Assembly: GCA_963707915.1 (NCBI GenBank)
Contig: OY970178.1
Location: 2,304,001-2,368,000 of the forward strand
DNA from: Candidatus Eiseniibacteriota bacterium
GTDB taxonomy: Bacteria; Eisenbacteria; RBG-16-71-46
Length of the DNA stretch: 64,000 bases
Direction: 5' to 3'
Within the stretch, counting starts at the first letter, position 1, and every line of letters begins with the position of its first letter. Made by a program: the position numbers and the translations under genes. Below are positions 9,541 through 18,560 of this stretch, piece after piece. The notes beneath the pieces were generated by a model. The model did not search any database, was not told where the DNA came from, and saw only the letters and a list, made by a program, of their open reading frames with translations.

Positions 9541-11157
9541 CTAGATCCTCGCCAGGAAGACGAACGTCATCAGCGCCACGGCCAGCACCATGAGGAGCGC
9601 GATGACGGCGGTCGCGCGGATGACCTGGCTCTCCATTCCGATCTTGTCGATCACGGCGGCGGCGTTCTGCAGCTTGGCGGGACTGATGACCGACGCCAGC
9701 CCGCCGCCGATGCCGCTCACCGCGGCGACCAGCAGGCCGATGCGGAGCAGGCGCTCGGGATCCGTCGAGCCGAAGACCTGTGCGACGGTGTCGAAGTGCA
9801 GCTTCGAGAGCATGGCGATGCTGCTGGTCTCGCTCCCGCTGATGAAGCCGCCCAGCAGTCCGAGGAACGCGGCCACGCCGGCGTAGGCCTGGTGGAAGAC
9901 GCCCGCGCTGGCGTCGGCGACCACCTTCACCATGTTCAGGCCGCCGGCGGGGTCCGCGGCCCAACCGGGCCGGCCGTCGACCTGGACCGGCGTCTTGCCG
10001 CTGTGGTTGAGCACGAAGGCGATGGCGAAGTAGATCGCCGCGGCGAACGCCGGACGCGGGGCGCGACGCAGGGTCTTGCGTCCCGCCGCCGCGAGCCGGC
10101 CGGCCGCCATGCGGTAGAACGGGATCGCGACCAGCGTGGCGATCAGCACCCAGGTGTAGGCCTGCCAGAGCATGCGCAGCCGCTCGGGCCGGCCCGGCAC
10201 GATCTCGAGCGGCATCGCCAGCCGCTTGAAGAGCAGGTCGTAGAGCCCGAACCCGCCGTAGTTCGTGAGCGCGCTGAAGGCGACCAGCAGCAGCCAGGGC
10301 AGTACGGCGAGGCCGAGTCCCATCCCCTGCTCGGTGCGGCGATCGTCCTCGCTGAGCGCGGACCGGTCGAGGAGCCGCCGCCCGCTGAGCCGCACGTAGA
10401 CGAGCATCACCAGGACGACGCCGATCCCGGCCACGACGCCGGTCAGGGTGGGCAGGCCCGCCACGTTCATGCCGATGGCGACGAAGCCCGCCGTGAGCCC
10501 GGTGAGGAGCGCGGCCGGCCAGCCACGGCCGACCTCCTTCCAGCCGCCCACCAGCCAGAGCATCGAGAGCGCGATCAGCGAGGTCACCACCGGCATGTAC
10601 TGCGCGAAGTAGAGCCCCACTTCGGCCGGCGTGAACTCGCGGCCGGTGATGCCCTTGGCCACGTCGGCGAAGACCACGACCGGCACGCCCAGCAGCGCGT
10701 AGGTGCACAGCGCGTCGTAGCCGATGGCGGGCAGCGCGATGGCGACGAAGGCGCTGTAGCCCAGCGACAGCATGATGGGCGGCAGGATGGAGACCGGGGT
10801 CGCGCCGAGCGCGGCCAGCATCGTCCCCGCGCCGACGTTGATGAGCATCACCTGCGCCGCGCGGCTGTCGCGCGCCAGCGTCTTCATGAAGACCACCAGC
10901 CGACGGATGGCGCCGGCCTCCTCCATGACGTTGATCTGGAAGATGGAGGTCACGACCATCAGGCTGATGGGGAGGCTGGCCACCATCCCGGCCACCGAAC
11001 CGACCAGGATCACCTGCCACGACGTGTGGAAGACGAACGCGGCGATGATCGCGGTGTAGAGCCAGCCGATGAGTCCGGCCACGTCCGCCGTGCGGCGGCC
11101 CCAGGTCATGAGCACGAAGATGAGGACCAGGGGCGAGATGGCGAGGAAGACGCTCAT
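9541..11157 (-). CDS. lctP: L-lactate permease (LctP family)
   Basis: Many TM helices; LAISPLVLIFVLM N-terminus, GLLGGFISGSETSS, GGGLASVISPAKL. Confidence 0.85.
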   Translation of the reverse strand: MSVFLAISPLVLIFVLMTWGRRTADVAGLIGWLYTAIIAAFVFHTSWQVILVGSVAGMVASLPISLMVVTSIFQINVMEEAGAIRRLVVFMKTLARDSRAAQVMLINVGAGTMLAALGATPVSILPPIMLSLGYSAFVAIALPAIGYDALCTYALLGVPVVVFADVAKGITGREFTPAEVGLYFAQYMPVVTSLIALSMLWLVGGWKEVGRGWPAALLTGLTAGFVAIGMNVAGLPTLTGVVAGIGVVLVMLVYVRLSGRRLLDRSALSEDDRRTEQGMGLGLAVLPWLLLVAFSALTNYGGFGLYDLLFKRLAMPLEIVPGRPERLRMLWQAYTWVLIATLVAIPFYRMAAGRLAAAGRKTLRRAPRPAFAAAIYFAIAFVLNHSGKTPVQVDGRPGWAADPAGGLNMVKVVADASAGVFHQAYAGVAAFLGLLGGFISGSETSSIAMLSKLHFDTVAQVFGSTDPERLLRIGLLVAAVSGIGGGLASVISPAKLQNAAAVIDKIGMESQVIRATAVIALLMVLAVALMTFVFLARI

Positions 11158-11298
11158 GGGACATGTCTCCGGAGATGGTTCCCAGCGGCCAGGCGTCGCG
11201 GCACCCGCGTGAAGCGCGGGTCGCGCGCAGTCTATGCGGGGCGGAACAGCGGGGCAAAGCGGGCGGCGGAGTGCCGGGGGGCCGGAGTGCGACGCCGC

Positions 11299-11332
11299 GC
11301 GGTCGACGGAAGGCCGAAGGGCGACGCCCGCG
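11299..11332 (-). repeat. dispersed 34-bp intergenic repeat, copy 2 (inverted)
   Basis: Reverse complement is cgcgggcgtcgcccttcggccttccgtcgaccgc. Confidence 0.75.
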
Positions 11333-11341
11333 CGGATCCGG

Positions 11342-11989
11342 CTAGTTGTGCTCGCCCGGCTCCGCCGGCCCGCCCGGGCGCAGGCGGTTCGCGACCAGTT
11401 CGCTCACGCGATGGCCGCGCTCGACGACGCTGTCGAGCGCCAGCAGGCCGAGCCGCTCGGTCGCGTCCAGCGGCGCGACCGTGCAGACGCCGTTCACCAG
11501 CGACACGAAGGGCAGGTCGGGGGCGGGCCCCTCTCCCTCGGCCGGTCGTTCCGCCCGGCCCACGAGCCGGCGGTGCAGGTCGCGCAGGACGCGGCGCTCG
11601 CTCATCACCAGCGGGTCGTCCTCGGGGTACGGCGCCTCGGGCAGCAACTCGACGCGCACGGAACGGTACGGATACTCGCGCACCGCCGCGCCGAGCCGCA
11701 CGCGGGAGAGCCCGAGGAGGGTGAGGTCGTAGCAGCCGTCCGGCAGCCACTCCACCGCTTCGACCCGGGCGAGGCAGCCCAGGTCGTGGAACGCGGGGCT
11801 GCCATGGTAGTCGCCCTCCCAGCCGGGCTTGAGCAGGGCCAGCGCGATCATCCGCTCGCCCGCGAGAGCGTCGCGCACCATGGTGCGGTAGCGCAGCTCG
11901 AAGACGTGCAACGGGACGACCGTGTGCGGGAAGAGCACGACGTTCGGCAGGGGGAACACCGGCACGGGCTGCCTGGGTTCCAACTCCAC
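11342..11989 (-). CDS. LON peptidase substrate-binding (N-terminal) domain protein
   Basis: PVFPLPNVVLFP...PLHVFELRYRTMV, GCLARV, LPDGCY. Confidence 0.9.
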   Translation of the reverse strand: MELEPRQPVPVFPLPNVVLFPHTVVPLHVFELRYRTMVRDALAGERMIALALLKPGWEGDYHGSPAFHDLGCLARVEAVEWLPDGCYDLTLLGLSRVRLGAAVREYPYRSVRVELLPEAPYPEDDPLVMSERRVLRDLHRRLVGRAERPAEGEGPAPDLPFVSLVNGVCTVAPLDATERLGLLALDSVVERGHRVSELVANRLRPGGPAEPGEHN

Positions 11990-12019
11990 GTTCCGGCCTC
12001 CGCGGTCGTCCGCGAACGG

Positions 12020-12499
12020 CTAGTCTCCGGCGACGAACTCCAGCACGTCCTGGATGTGGCCGTCCACCTTCACCTTGGGCCAGATCTGCGCGACGCGACC
12101 GGTCTTGTCGATCACGAACGTGGTGCGCTCGATGCCCAGGTGCTTCTTGCCGTACAGGTTCTTCTGCTTGTAGACGCCGAACAGCTTGGAGACCGTGGCG
12201 TCCTCGTCGGAGAGCAGCGGGAACGGGAGCTTCTGCTTCGCCTGGAAGTGGAGGTGCGATTCCAGGTTGTCGGTCGAGACCCCGAGAACTACCACCTTGG
12301 CCGCCTCGAGCTCGGCAGCGTGGTCACGGAAGTCGCAGGCTTCGCGCGTGCAGCCGGGCGTCGAGTCCTTCGGGTAGAAGTAGAGCACGACGGTCTTCTT
12401 CCCCTTGAACTGCTTGAGCGAGATGTTCTCGCCCGTGGTCGAGGGGAGACTGAAGTCCGGCGCCGGCCGGCCGATGACGGGTAGCACGTTGCTCGCCAT
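12020..12499 (-). CDS. bcp: thioredoxin-dependent thiol peroxidase (BCP/PrxQ)
   Basis: VVLYFYPKDSTPGCTREACDF, FPLLSD, IERTTFVID. Confidence 0.95.
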   Translation of the reverse strand: MASNVLPVIGRPAPDFSLPSTTGENISLKQFKGKKTVVLYFYPKDSTPGCTREACDFRDHAAELEAAKVVVLGVSTDNLESHLHFQAKQKLPFPLLSDEDATVSKLFGVYKQKNLYGKKHLGIERTTFVIDKTGRVAQIWPKVKVDGHIQDVLEFVAGD

Positions 12500-12592
12500 G
12501 CGTCCTCCAGAGAGCGGTGCCGGGCCCGGCCCGCCGACGGCGGGGATCCCGGGCCCGACCCGTGGGACGGCTCACCGTCCCGGCAGGATGTC

Positions 12593-13207
12593 CTACTTCA
12601 CGGCCGCGGACATGGCGAGCGCACGGTCCAGGTTCTGCGCCACCACGTTCCAGTCCAGGTTGTTGAAGAACGCCTCGATGTACTTGGCCCGCGCCCGGCC
12701 ATAGTCGATCAGGTACGCGTGCTCGTAGACGTCCAGCGCGAGGATCGGCGTGGCGTTCCAGAACGGGAACGAGTTCTGCGCGTCGCCCACCGCGGTGGTC
12801 AGCATCTTCCAGTCGTGGTCGTACGCCAGCCACACCCAGCCGCGCGCCGCCAGTCCGCTGGCCTTGAAGTCCGCCAGCCAGGCGTCGTACGAAGGGAAGT
12901 CCCGCTCGATCGTCTCGAGCAGCCTGCCGACCGGCTTGCCGCCGCCGCCGCCGAGGTGCCCGAAGTAGATCTCGTGGTTCTTCACCCCGCCCACCGCGAA
13001 GGAATAGTCCACCCGCAGGGAGCGCAGGTCGCTGTAGATCTGGCTGGCGGTGCCACGGTCCGCGGCGTCGAGCTTCTTCTGGATCTCGTTCACCTTCGGG
13101 ACGTAGCCCTTGTAAATCTCGTAGTGCTCTTCCATCGTGCGCGCCGAGATGCCGTTCAGCTCCCGGATGCACGGGAACTTCTTCGCTTCGATGTCCTTCC
13201 ACGCCAT
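12593..13207 (-). CDS. sod: Fe/Mn superoxide dismutase family protein
   Basis: EEHY...YKGYV, NHEIYF, GWVWL, LALDVYEHAY. Confidence 0.9.
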   Translation of the reverse strand: MAWKDIEAKKFPCIRELNGISARTMEEHYEIYKGYVPKVNEIQKKLDAADRGTASQIYSDLRSLRVDYSFAVGGVKNHEIYFGHLGGGGGKPVGRLLETIERDFPSYDAWLADFKASGLAARGWVWLAYDHDWKMLTTAVGDAQNSFPFWNATPILALDVYEHAYLIDYGRARAKYIEAFFNNLDWNVVAQNLDRALAMSAAVK

Positions 13208-13319
13208 GATCTTCCTCCTTCTGCTGCGAACGAGGAGCGGTTGCCGGCGGGTACCCGATGCCGCGCCCGAACCGGGCTGCGGACGCTCCGAGGGAATCGA
13301 GGATGACGAAGCGAAATCG

Positions 13320-13349
13320 AAGGTAGTCCCCGCTCCGGCGCAGTGTCAA
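13320..13349 (-). promoter_or_regulatory. sigma70-like promoter for sod-bcp-LON-N
   Basis: Minus strand TTGACA-N18-TACCTT. Confidence 0.5.
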
Positions 13350-13479
13350 CCACTCCGGACAATGGTTTCGATGCGTTTGGCGCGCGTCCGATGCGGGGCC
13401 GCTCGTGGCTGGACCGGGCGTTCCCGCCCAACGGGGTCCTCTGCTAGCATCCCGGCCGTCACCCCCGAAAGGAGCGCCC

Positions 13480-14052
13480 GTGAGCTGGACCCGGACCATC
13501 ACCCCGCAGACCGCGGATGGCCCCGTCCGCGGCGTCTTCGAGCACATCTCGAGCTTCCACCCCGACCGGCGCGTGGGCCACCTCTGGCAGGCCTGCGCGC
13601 CCGATCCGGCCGCGCTGGACGCGCTCTTCCGCCTGGTGCGCACCGTCATGGACGACCCGGCGCCGCTCTCGCGCGCACAAGCCGAGGCGATCGCGGTCGC
13701 CGTCTCGGCCGTGAACGGCTGCGGTTATTGCGTCGCCCACCACGGCCGCCGGCTCGCGGCCGCGCTCGGCGACGAGCCGCTGGCCCGCGCCGTGGCGCGC
13801 GACTACCGCGAGGCGGACCTGCCCGCGTGGGACCGGGTGCTGCTCGACCACGCGGTCGCCCTCACCTGCGACCCCGCCGAGCGCACCGAGGACGACGTCG
13901 AGCGCCTGCGCGAATACGGCTTCGACGACCTGGCCATCCTCAAGGCCACCGAGATCACCGCGCTCTTCAACCTGGTGAACCGGATGGTCAGCGGCCTGGG
14001 TGTCCAGCTCGAGGACGGCGTCGAGGCCTGGGAGTTCGGATCGCAGGGGTAG
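13480..14052 (+). CDS. AhpD/carboxymuconolactone decarboxylase family peroxidase-related enzyme
   Basis: EAIAVAVSAVNGCGYCVAHHG (CxxC-x2-H), ALFNLVNR; AAAGGAG RBS before GTG at 13480. Confidence 0.88.
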   Translation: MSWTRTITPQTADGPVRGVFEHISSFHPDRRVGHLWQACAPDPAALDALFRLVRTVMDDPAPLSRAQAEAIAVAVSAVNGCGYCVAHHGRRLAAALGDEPLARAVARDYREADLPAWDRVLLDHAVALTCDPAERTEDDVERLREYGFDDLAILKATEITALFNLVNRMVSGLGVQLEDGVEAWEFGSQG

Positions 14053-14118
14053 CCATGGAGGCGAGCGCCGCACGCCTGGCCTCGAGCTGCCCCACCATCA
14101 CCGCACCAGGGTCTTCCG

Positions 14119-15507
14119 TCAGGGCAGCCGCACGATCTTTCGGGTGATCGATCGCGCGCTCTGGTCGAGACGCAGGAAGTAGACCCCGCGTGGCGCCGTT
14201 CCTGGTGGCGCAATCATCACGTCATGTGGGCCCAGACCAAGCTCGTCCGGCCCCGAGGACCAGATGCGCCGCCCAGCGACGTCGAACAGGTCGAGTCTTG
14301 CGCCGGACGGCCCGCAGAGCGACACGCGGGCATTGAACGCTCCTCCACGCCAGACTGTAGACGGAAGCTCCAACGCGAGGGGTGTGCCATCCGCTGCCTC
14401 GGCGCCCCGGCCTGAGGACAGACCCATTTCCTTGTCATCGGCGACCGGAGTCTCCACGCGGCGCCCCCAGTCGAGAGTCCACAGCCACCACCCATCGCCA
14501 TCCATCAGGACCATGCGATCGCGGTCGGCGTCCGCGAAAGCGATCTGCCCATTGCCGCCCGGCGGCGCCTCGCCGGAAGGATCTAACCGCGACCATCGTG
14601 GCACGCCTCGGAGCGAAAGCGCCCACACGTAGTTGTCCCGCTGCCATCCGATGACCAGCATGCGTTCACGATGCGCGTCGTAGATCGCGGCATGTCCGGC
14701 TCGGCTCGCGGGGGCCTCGTCCCCAACCTTGATCTGCCGCCACCGAGGTTGTGGCCCCAGGTCGAGCGCCCAGACGTCCCCGAGGAGACCGCCGTCAGCG
14801 GCTGCTCGTCCTCCGTAGACGATCATCTCCCGATGAGCTGCTTCGTAGATCGCCGTGTTCCCCGTGCGTAGGGGCGGTGGCACACCACGCGGCTCGAGGG
14901 CCGTCCAGCGGGGATCATCACCGAGGGACAGGGCCCAGACATCTCCGCGGACCTCATTGTTCACGCTGAAGGGATCGGCCCCGCCATAGACCAGCATGCA
15001 GTCGCGCACGGGGTCGTAGACCGCGGATGCATGGAAGAGACTGGGCGAGGTCCCGGCCGGGACCAGGCGCTCCCATTGGATCGGGCCACCGAGTCTCAGG
15101 GCGAATACGTCAACGACAAGCCCCGAGGAACCGCCTCTCTTGGCGAGGGTCATGACGACAATGCGATCACGGCGAGGGTCGTAGATGGCCGAGCACCCGA
15201 GAGGGATGCCCGGCCAACCGCCGATGCGCACGACCCGGCTCGGCCCGGCTGAATCGATGTTCTTGAACGTGATCCGGTCCGAAGAGAAGTGAATCAGTTC
15301 GGCGCGCGAAGGATCGAAGACGACGCCCACCGGATTCGTCACGGGAAACGCGCCAGTCGTGTACCAATAACGCTTGTTCCAGGCGCCGTCGCTCCCATCT
15401 TCGCGTGGAGGATGTACCCGGGCCTGCCACTGGGCATGCGCGTACGAAGCGGTTGTGAGAAGCAGCGTTGCGACCAGAATTCCCAGCTGACGCGTCGGCC
15501 GTCTCAT
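14119..15507 (-). CDS. secreted Kelch-repeat beta-propeller with C-terminal FlgD-Ig/T9SS-CTD-like domain
   Basis: Signal peptide (AHA|Q); repeated SAIYDPxRDRMxVYGG...DVWALxL...W units; C-terminal RLDLFDVAGRRI...GVYFLRL...TRKIV. Confidence 0.85.
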   Translation of the reverse strand: MRRPTRQLGILVATLLLTTASYAHAQWQARVHPPREDGSDGAWNKRYWYTTGAFPVTNPVGVVFDPSRAELIHFSSDRITFKNIDSAGPSRVVRIGGWPGIPLGCSAIYDPRRDRIVVMTLAKRGGSSGLVVDVFALRLGGPIQWERLVPAGTSPSLFHASAVYDPVRDCMLVYGGADPFSVNNEVRGDVWALSLGDDPRWTALEPRGVPPPLRTGNTAIYEAAHREMIVYGGRAAADGGLLGDVWALDLGPQPRWRQIKVGDEAPASRAGHAAIYDAHRERMLVIGWQRDNYVWALSLRGVPRWSRLDPSGEAPPGGNGQIAFADADRDRMVLMDGDGWWLWTLDWGRRVETPVADDKEMGLSSGRGAEAADGTPLALELPSTVWRGGAFNARVSLCGPSGARLDLFDVAGRRIWSSGPDELGLGPHDVMIAPPGTAPRGVYFLRLDQSARSITRKIVRLP

Positions 15508-15599
15508 ACACGATTCCTTCCTCCCGGTGCGTGAGATCCTACTCTCGCTACCGGCGCCGTACCATGGCGGTCTGACCCGCCTCCGGGACGTTGATCGAA

Positions 15600-15615
15600 T
15601 GCAACCAGCAGGCCT
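15600..15615 (-). promoter_or_regulatory. possible sigma54 (-24/-12) promoter upstream of the Kelch gene
   Basis: Minus strand AGGCCTGCTGGTTGCA, GG-N10-GC with TTGCA. Confidence 0.35.
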
Positions 15616-15750
15616 CCGGCGGCCTGGTCGCTACGCGAGAAGAAACGCTGGGGCGGGCCATTCCGTCGCCATTCGTGCCCGCCGGGCGGAGGCTCGGGCG
15701 CCCCGACCCCCCGGGGTCCGCATTGCTTGACCGTGGCGGAAGTGCAGCGG

Positions 15751-16992
15751 CTACCGCCGCCCAGTCGCCTCGCGATAGATCGCCGTCAGTCCCCCGACGT
15801 GCAGGGCGGGAGCACCGGCCTCGAGTACCCGTGCCCGGCCCGCGTCGGCCCAGCCCGTGGCCTGCGGGTCCGCGAGGGCACGCGCCACCGTCTCGGCCAG
15901 CGCCCGCGCATCGCCGGGCGGCACCAGCAGGCCGGTGACCTCGTGCTCCACCAGCTCGGGGATGGCCCCGATGCGGGAGGCCACGACCGGCCGGGCGTCC
16001 AGCAGCGCCTCGGCCGCCGCGTAGCAGAAGTGCTCGTAGAAGAGCGAGGGCACGACCACCACCGTCGCGGCGGCGCGCAGCGAAGCCAACTCGGCGTCGG
16101 AGCGGTAGCCGAGCGGACGCAGGTTCGGCAGCGCCGCGGCCTGCGCGTCGAGCCAGGCGCGCAGCGGCCCCTCCCCCACGACGGCCAGCGGCACCGGCGC
16201 GATGCGCGCCGCCAGCGCCGGGAGCAGGCGCACCCCCTTTTCGACCGAAAGCCGTCCGGCGAAGAGGACGTAGCGCCCGCCGGGGAACGCGGGCAGGTTC
16301 GCCGCGTCCGTGGCCGGTGACGCGCTCCCGGCGCGATCCACGCCGTGAAGCAGCAGGCGCAACCGGGCGCGATCCACGCCGAACTCGCCCGCCTTCTCCA
16401 GCACGAAACGCGAAGGCGCGATCCAGAGTCGGACGGCGCGATACGCGCCCACCAGGTCGTGCGCGTAGGCTTCGACCATGCCCACCGCGCTCTTCAACCG
16501 CGAGTCCTGCACGCAACCGATCGCGAGCGAGTGCCAGTGGTGTCCTCCGCGGCAGCGCTCGCAGGGCGCGCCGCGCGCGAACAGGATGCGGTTCGTGCAC
16601 CAGGGCTTGAAGTCGTGCAGCGTCATCACGACCGGCACGCCGGCGCGCTCGAGCGGTCCCAGGATCGAGGGCGTGAGGTAGCGGCTCGGGGCGTGGACGT
16701 GCGCGACCTCCGGCCCGAACTCGCGCACCGCCGCCGCGGCGGAACGCGCCGCGGGCCCCGACCAGATGGCGCGGGGCAGCTGCACGAGTTGCCGCAGTGC
16801 CGACGCGCCCTCGCCATAGTCCGCGGCGGGCGCGAAGTGCGCTGACGTCGGGCTGGGCAGGTTGCGCGGGTCGCGGATCGCCAGGTGCGCGACGTCGTGG
16901 CCGGCCGCGGCGAGCCAGCGCGACTCGTCCAGGTAGGTGCGCTCGACCCCGCCGCGCAGGTAGTGGAAGGCGTTGACGAGCAGGACGCGCAC
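15751..16992 (-). CDS. glycosyltransferase family 4
   Basis: RVLLVNAFHYLRGGVE, VMTLHD, FAGRLSVEKG, PSLFYEH...EA, SRIGAIPELV. Confidence 0.92.
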   Translation of the reverse strand: MRVLLVNAFHYLRGGVERTYLDESRWLAAAGHDVAHLAIRDPRNLPSPTSAHFAPAADYGEGASALRQLVQLPRAIWSGPAARSAAAAVREFGPEVAHVHAPSRYLTPSILGPLERAGVPVVMTLHDFKPWCTNRILFARGAPCERCRGGHHWHSLAIGCVQDSRLKSAVGMVEAYAHDLVGAYRAVRLWIAPSRFVLEKAGEFGVDRARLRLLLHGVDRAGSASPATDAANLPAFPGGRYVLFAGRLSVEKGVRLLPALAARIAPVPLAVVGEGPLRAWLDAQAAALPNLRPLGYRSDAELASLRAAATVVVVPSLFYEHFCYAAAEALLDARPVVASRIGAIPELVEHEVTGLLVPPGDARALAETVARALADPQATGWADAGRARVLEAGAPALHVGGLTAIYREATGRR

Positions 16993-17006
16993 GGGCGTCT
17001 CTCAGC

Positions 17007-18533
17007 TCAACGGGGCCGCGGCCGCGGTCCGCGACCGCCGGCGGGACGCGGGCCGCCGGGACGCACACCCGGGCGCGGGCCGCCGGGACGCACACCCGGA
17101 CGCGGGCCGCCGGGACGCACGCTCGGACGCGGACCGCCGGGACGCGCGCCCGGGCGCGGAGCACCGGGCCGCGGGCTCGGGCGCGGGCCACCGGGACGTG
17201 CACTCGGGCGCGGGCCACCGGGACGTGCACTCGGGCGCGGGCCACCGGGACGCACGCTCGGGCGCGGAGCGCCGGGACGCACGTTCGGGCGCGGAGCGCC
17301 GGGACGCGCGCTCGGGCGCGGAGCGCCGGGACGCACGCTCGGGCGCGGAGCGCCGGGACGCACGCTCGGGCGCGGAGCGCCGGGACGCACGCTCGGGCGC
17401 GGAGCACCGGGACGCACGCTCGGGCGTGGGCCGCCGGGACGCACGCTCGGGCGCGGGCCGCCGGGACGCACGCTCGGGCGTGGGCCGCCGGGACGCGCGC
17501 TCGGGCGCGGGCCGCCGGGACGCGCGCTCGGGCGCGGAGCGCCGGGACGCGCGCTCGGACGCGGGCTGCCGGGACGCACGCTCGGGCGCGGAGCACCGGG
17601 ACGGCTTGCGGGCCGAGCGGCCGGACGGAACGGACGCCGCTCCGCCGACCGCGGGAACAACCGGTGCTCGAACTGCACGGGCACGTGCAGTCTCCGGTCG
17701 CGCTTCGGCTCGGGAGCGGCCGCGGGCTCCGTCGTCACCGGCGGGGCCGCGGGCTCGCCCACCAGGAACTCCACCAGTGCCGCTCCCACGCCCGGCCCGG
17801 GCTCGTAGCACTGCAGCGTGCCCCCGAGATCCCCGCCCAGGAACCCGCGCAGCACTTCGAGGTGCATGAGGTTCGCCTCGGGCAGGGCCTTCTCGCGCAG
17901 GCGCGGCTCGAGTCCGCCGAGTTCGTCCCACCTGCCCGCCTTGAGGTGCTCGAGCACGCGTCCGTCGAACGACTGCGCCTCCGGGGTCTCGCGCTTCAGG
18001 TTCCAGGCGTGGACGTTGTGCGAGAGCATCCCGCCCACCACGAACGCCACGCGCTCCGGCCAGGCGTCGAGCGTGCGCCGCAGGGCCGCCCCCCAGGCGC
18101 GGTGCCCGGCGGCCGTGCTCCGCGACAGCGACACGGGCACGACCGGGTAGAGGCGGCGCGACGCGAGGAAGTGCAGCGGCACCGACACGCCGCTGTCCAC
18201 GCCGCGCGCGGTGATGGCGGCGCGCACGCCGGCCGCGCGCGCCGATTCGACGATGGCCCGCGCCAGCGCCGGTGCGCCGTGGCAATCGTAGCGCACCTCG
18301 ACGCCGAAGCCGTGGTAGTCGGTGAGCGTGGTGTGCCGCCGGCCCGCGTCGGCCAGGAACGGCCCCGGCGCCTCCCAGCGCGCACTCAACGCCACGATCG
18401 CCGAGGGCGCCTCGATCTCGAGCCGGCGGGCGGCCACGGCGTACGCCTCGAGCATCTCGGTGCGGTGTCCGCGATGTTGGTCCATGAGCAGCGTGGAGAT
18501 GCTCGGGGCGAGCAGTACGCGTGCGGTCAGCAT
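17007..18533 (-). CDS. LigB/DODA-type extradiol dioxygenase-like protein with Arg/Pro/Gly tandem-repeat tail
   Basis: AIVALSARW, DYHGF...Y...GAPALA, RGVDSGVSVPL, PVVPVSL, GGMLSHN; C-terminal (RPGxPRPxx)21. Confidence 0.75.
   Translation of the reverse strand: MLTARVLLAPSISTLLMDQHRGHRTEMLEAYAVAARRLEIEAPSAIVALSARWEAPGPFLADAGRRHTTLTDYHGFGVEVRYDCHGAPALARAIVESARAAGVRAAITARGVDSGVSVPLHFLASRRLYPVVPVSLSRSTAAGHRAWGAALRRTLDAWPERVAFVVGGMLSHNVHAWNLKRETPEAQSFDGRVLEHLKAGRWDELGGLEPRLREKALPEANLMHLEVLRGFLGGDLGGTLQCYEPGPGVGAALVEFLVGEPAAPPVTTEPAAAPEPKRDRRLHVPVQFEHRLFPRSAERRPFRPAARPASRPGAPRPSVRPGSPRPSARPGAPRPSARPGGPRPSARPGGPRPSVRPGGPRPSVRPGGPRPSVRPGAPRPSVRPGAPRPSVRPGAPRPSVRPGAPRPSARPGAPRPNVRPGAPRPSVRPGGPRPSARPGGPRPSARPGGPRPSPRPGAPRPGARPGGPRPSVRPGGPRPGVRPGGPRPGVRPGGPRPAGGRGPRPRPR
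17037..17603 (-). repeat. coding tandem repeat, 21 x 27 bp (RPG[AG]PRPS[VA])
   Basis: Plus-strand consensus about gcacgctcgggcgcggagcgccgggac; 21 contiguous units counted from the translation. Confidence 0.95.
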
Positions 18534-18560
18534 GACGGCCGGGATCCTCTCACGCGGGGC

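Noticed and set aside
17037..17603. 27-bp repeat array as a CRISPR array
   Set aside because: Units are contiguous with no unique spacers, stay in frame within a CDS, and there are no cas genes.
15548..17869. Alternative-frame repeat proteins (RARACVPA..., DARSGAERR...)
   Set aside because: They are other reading frames of the same 27-bp repeat and overlap the GT4 and LigB-like genes; there is no independent support.
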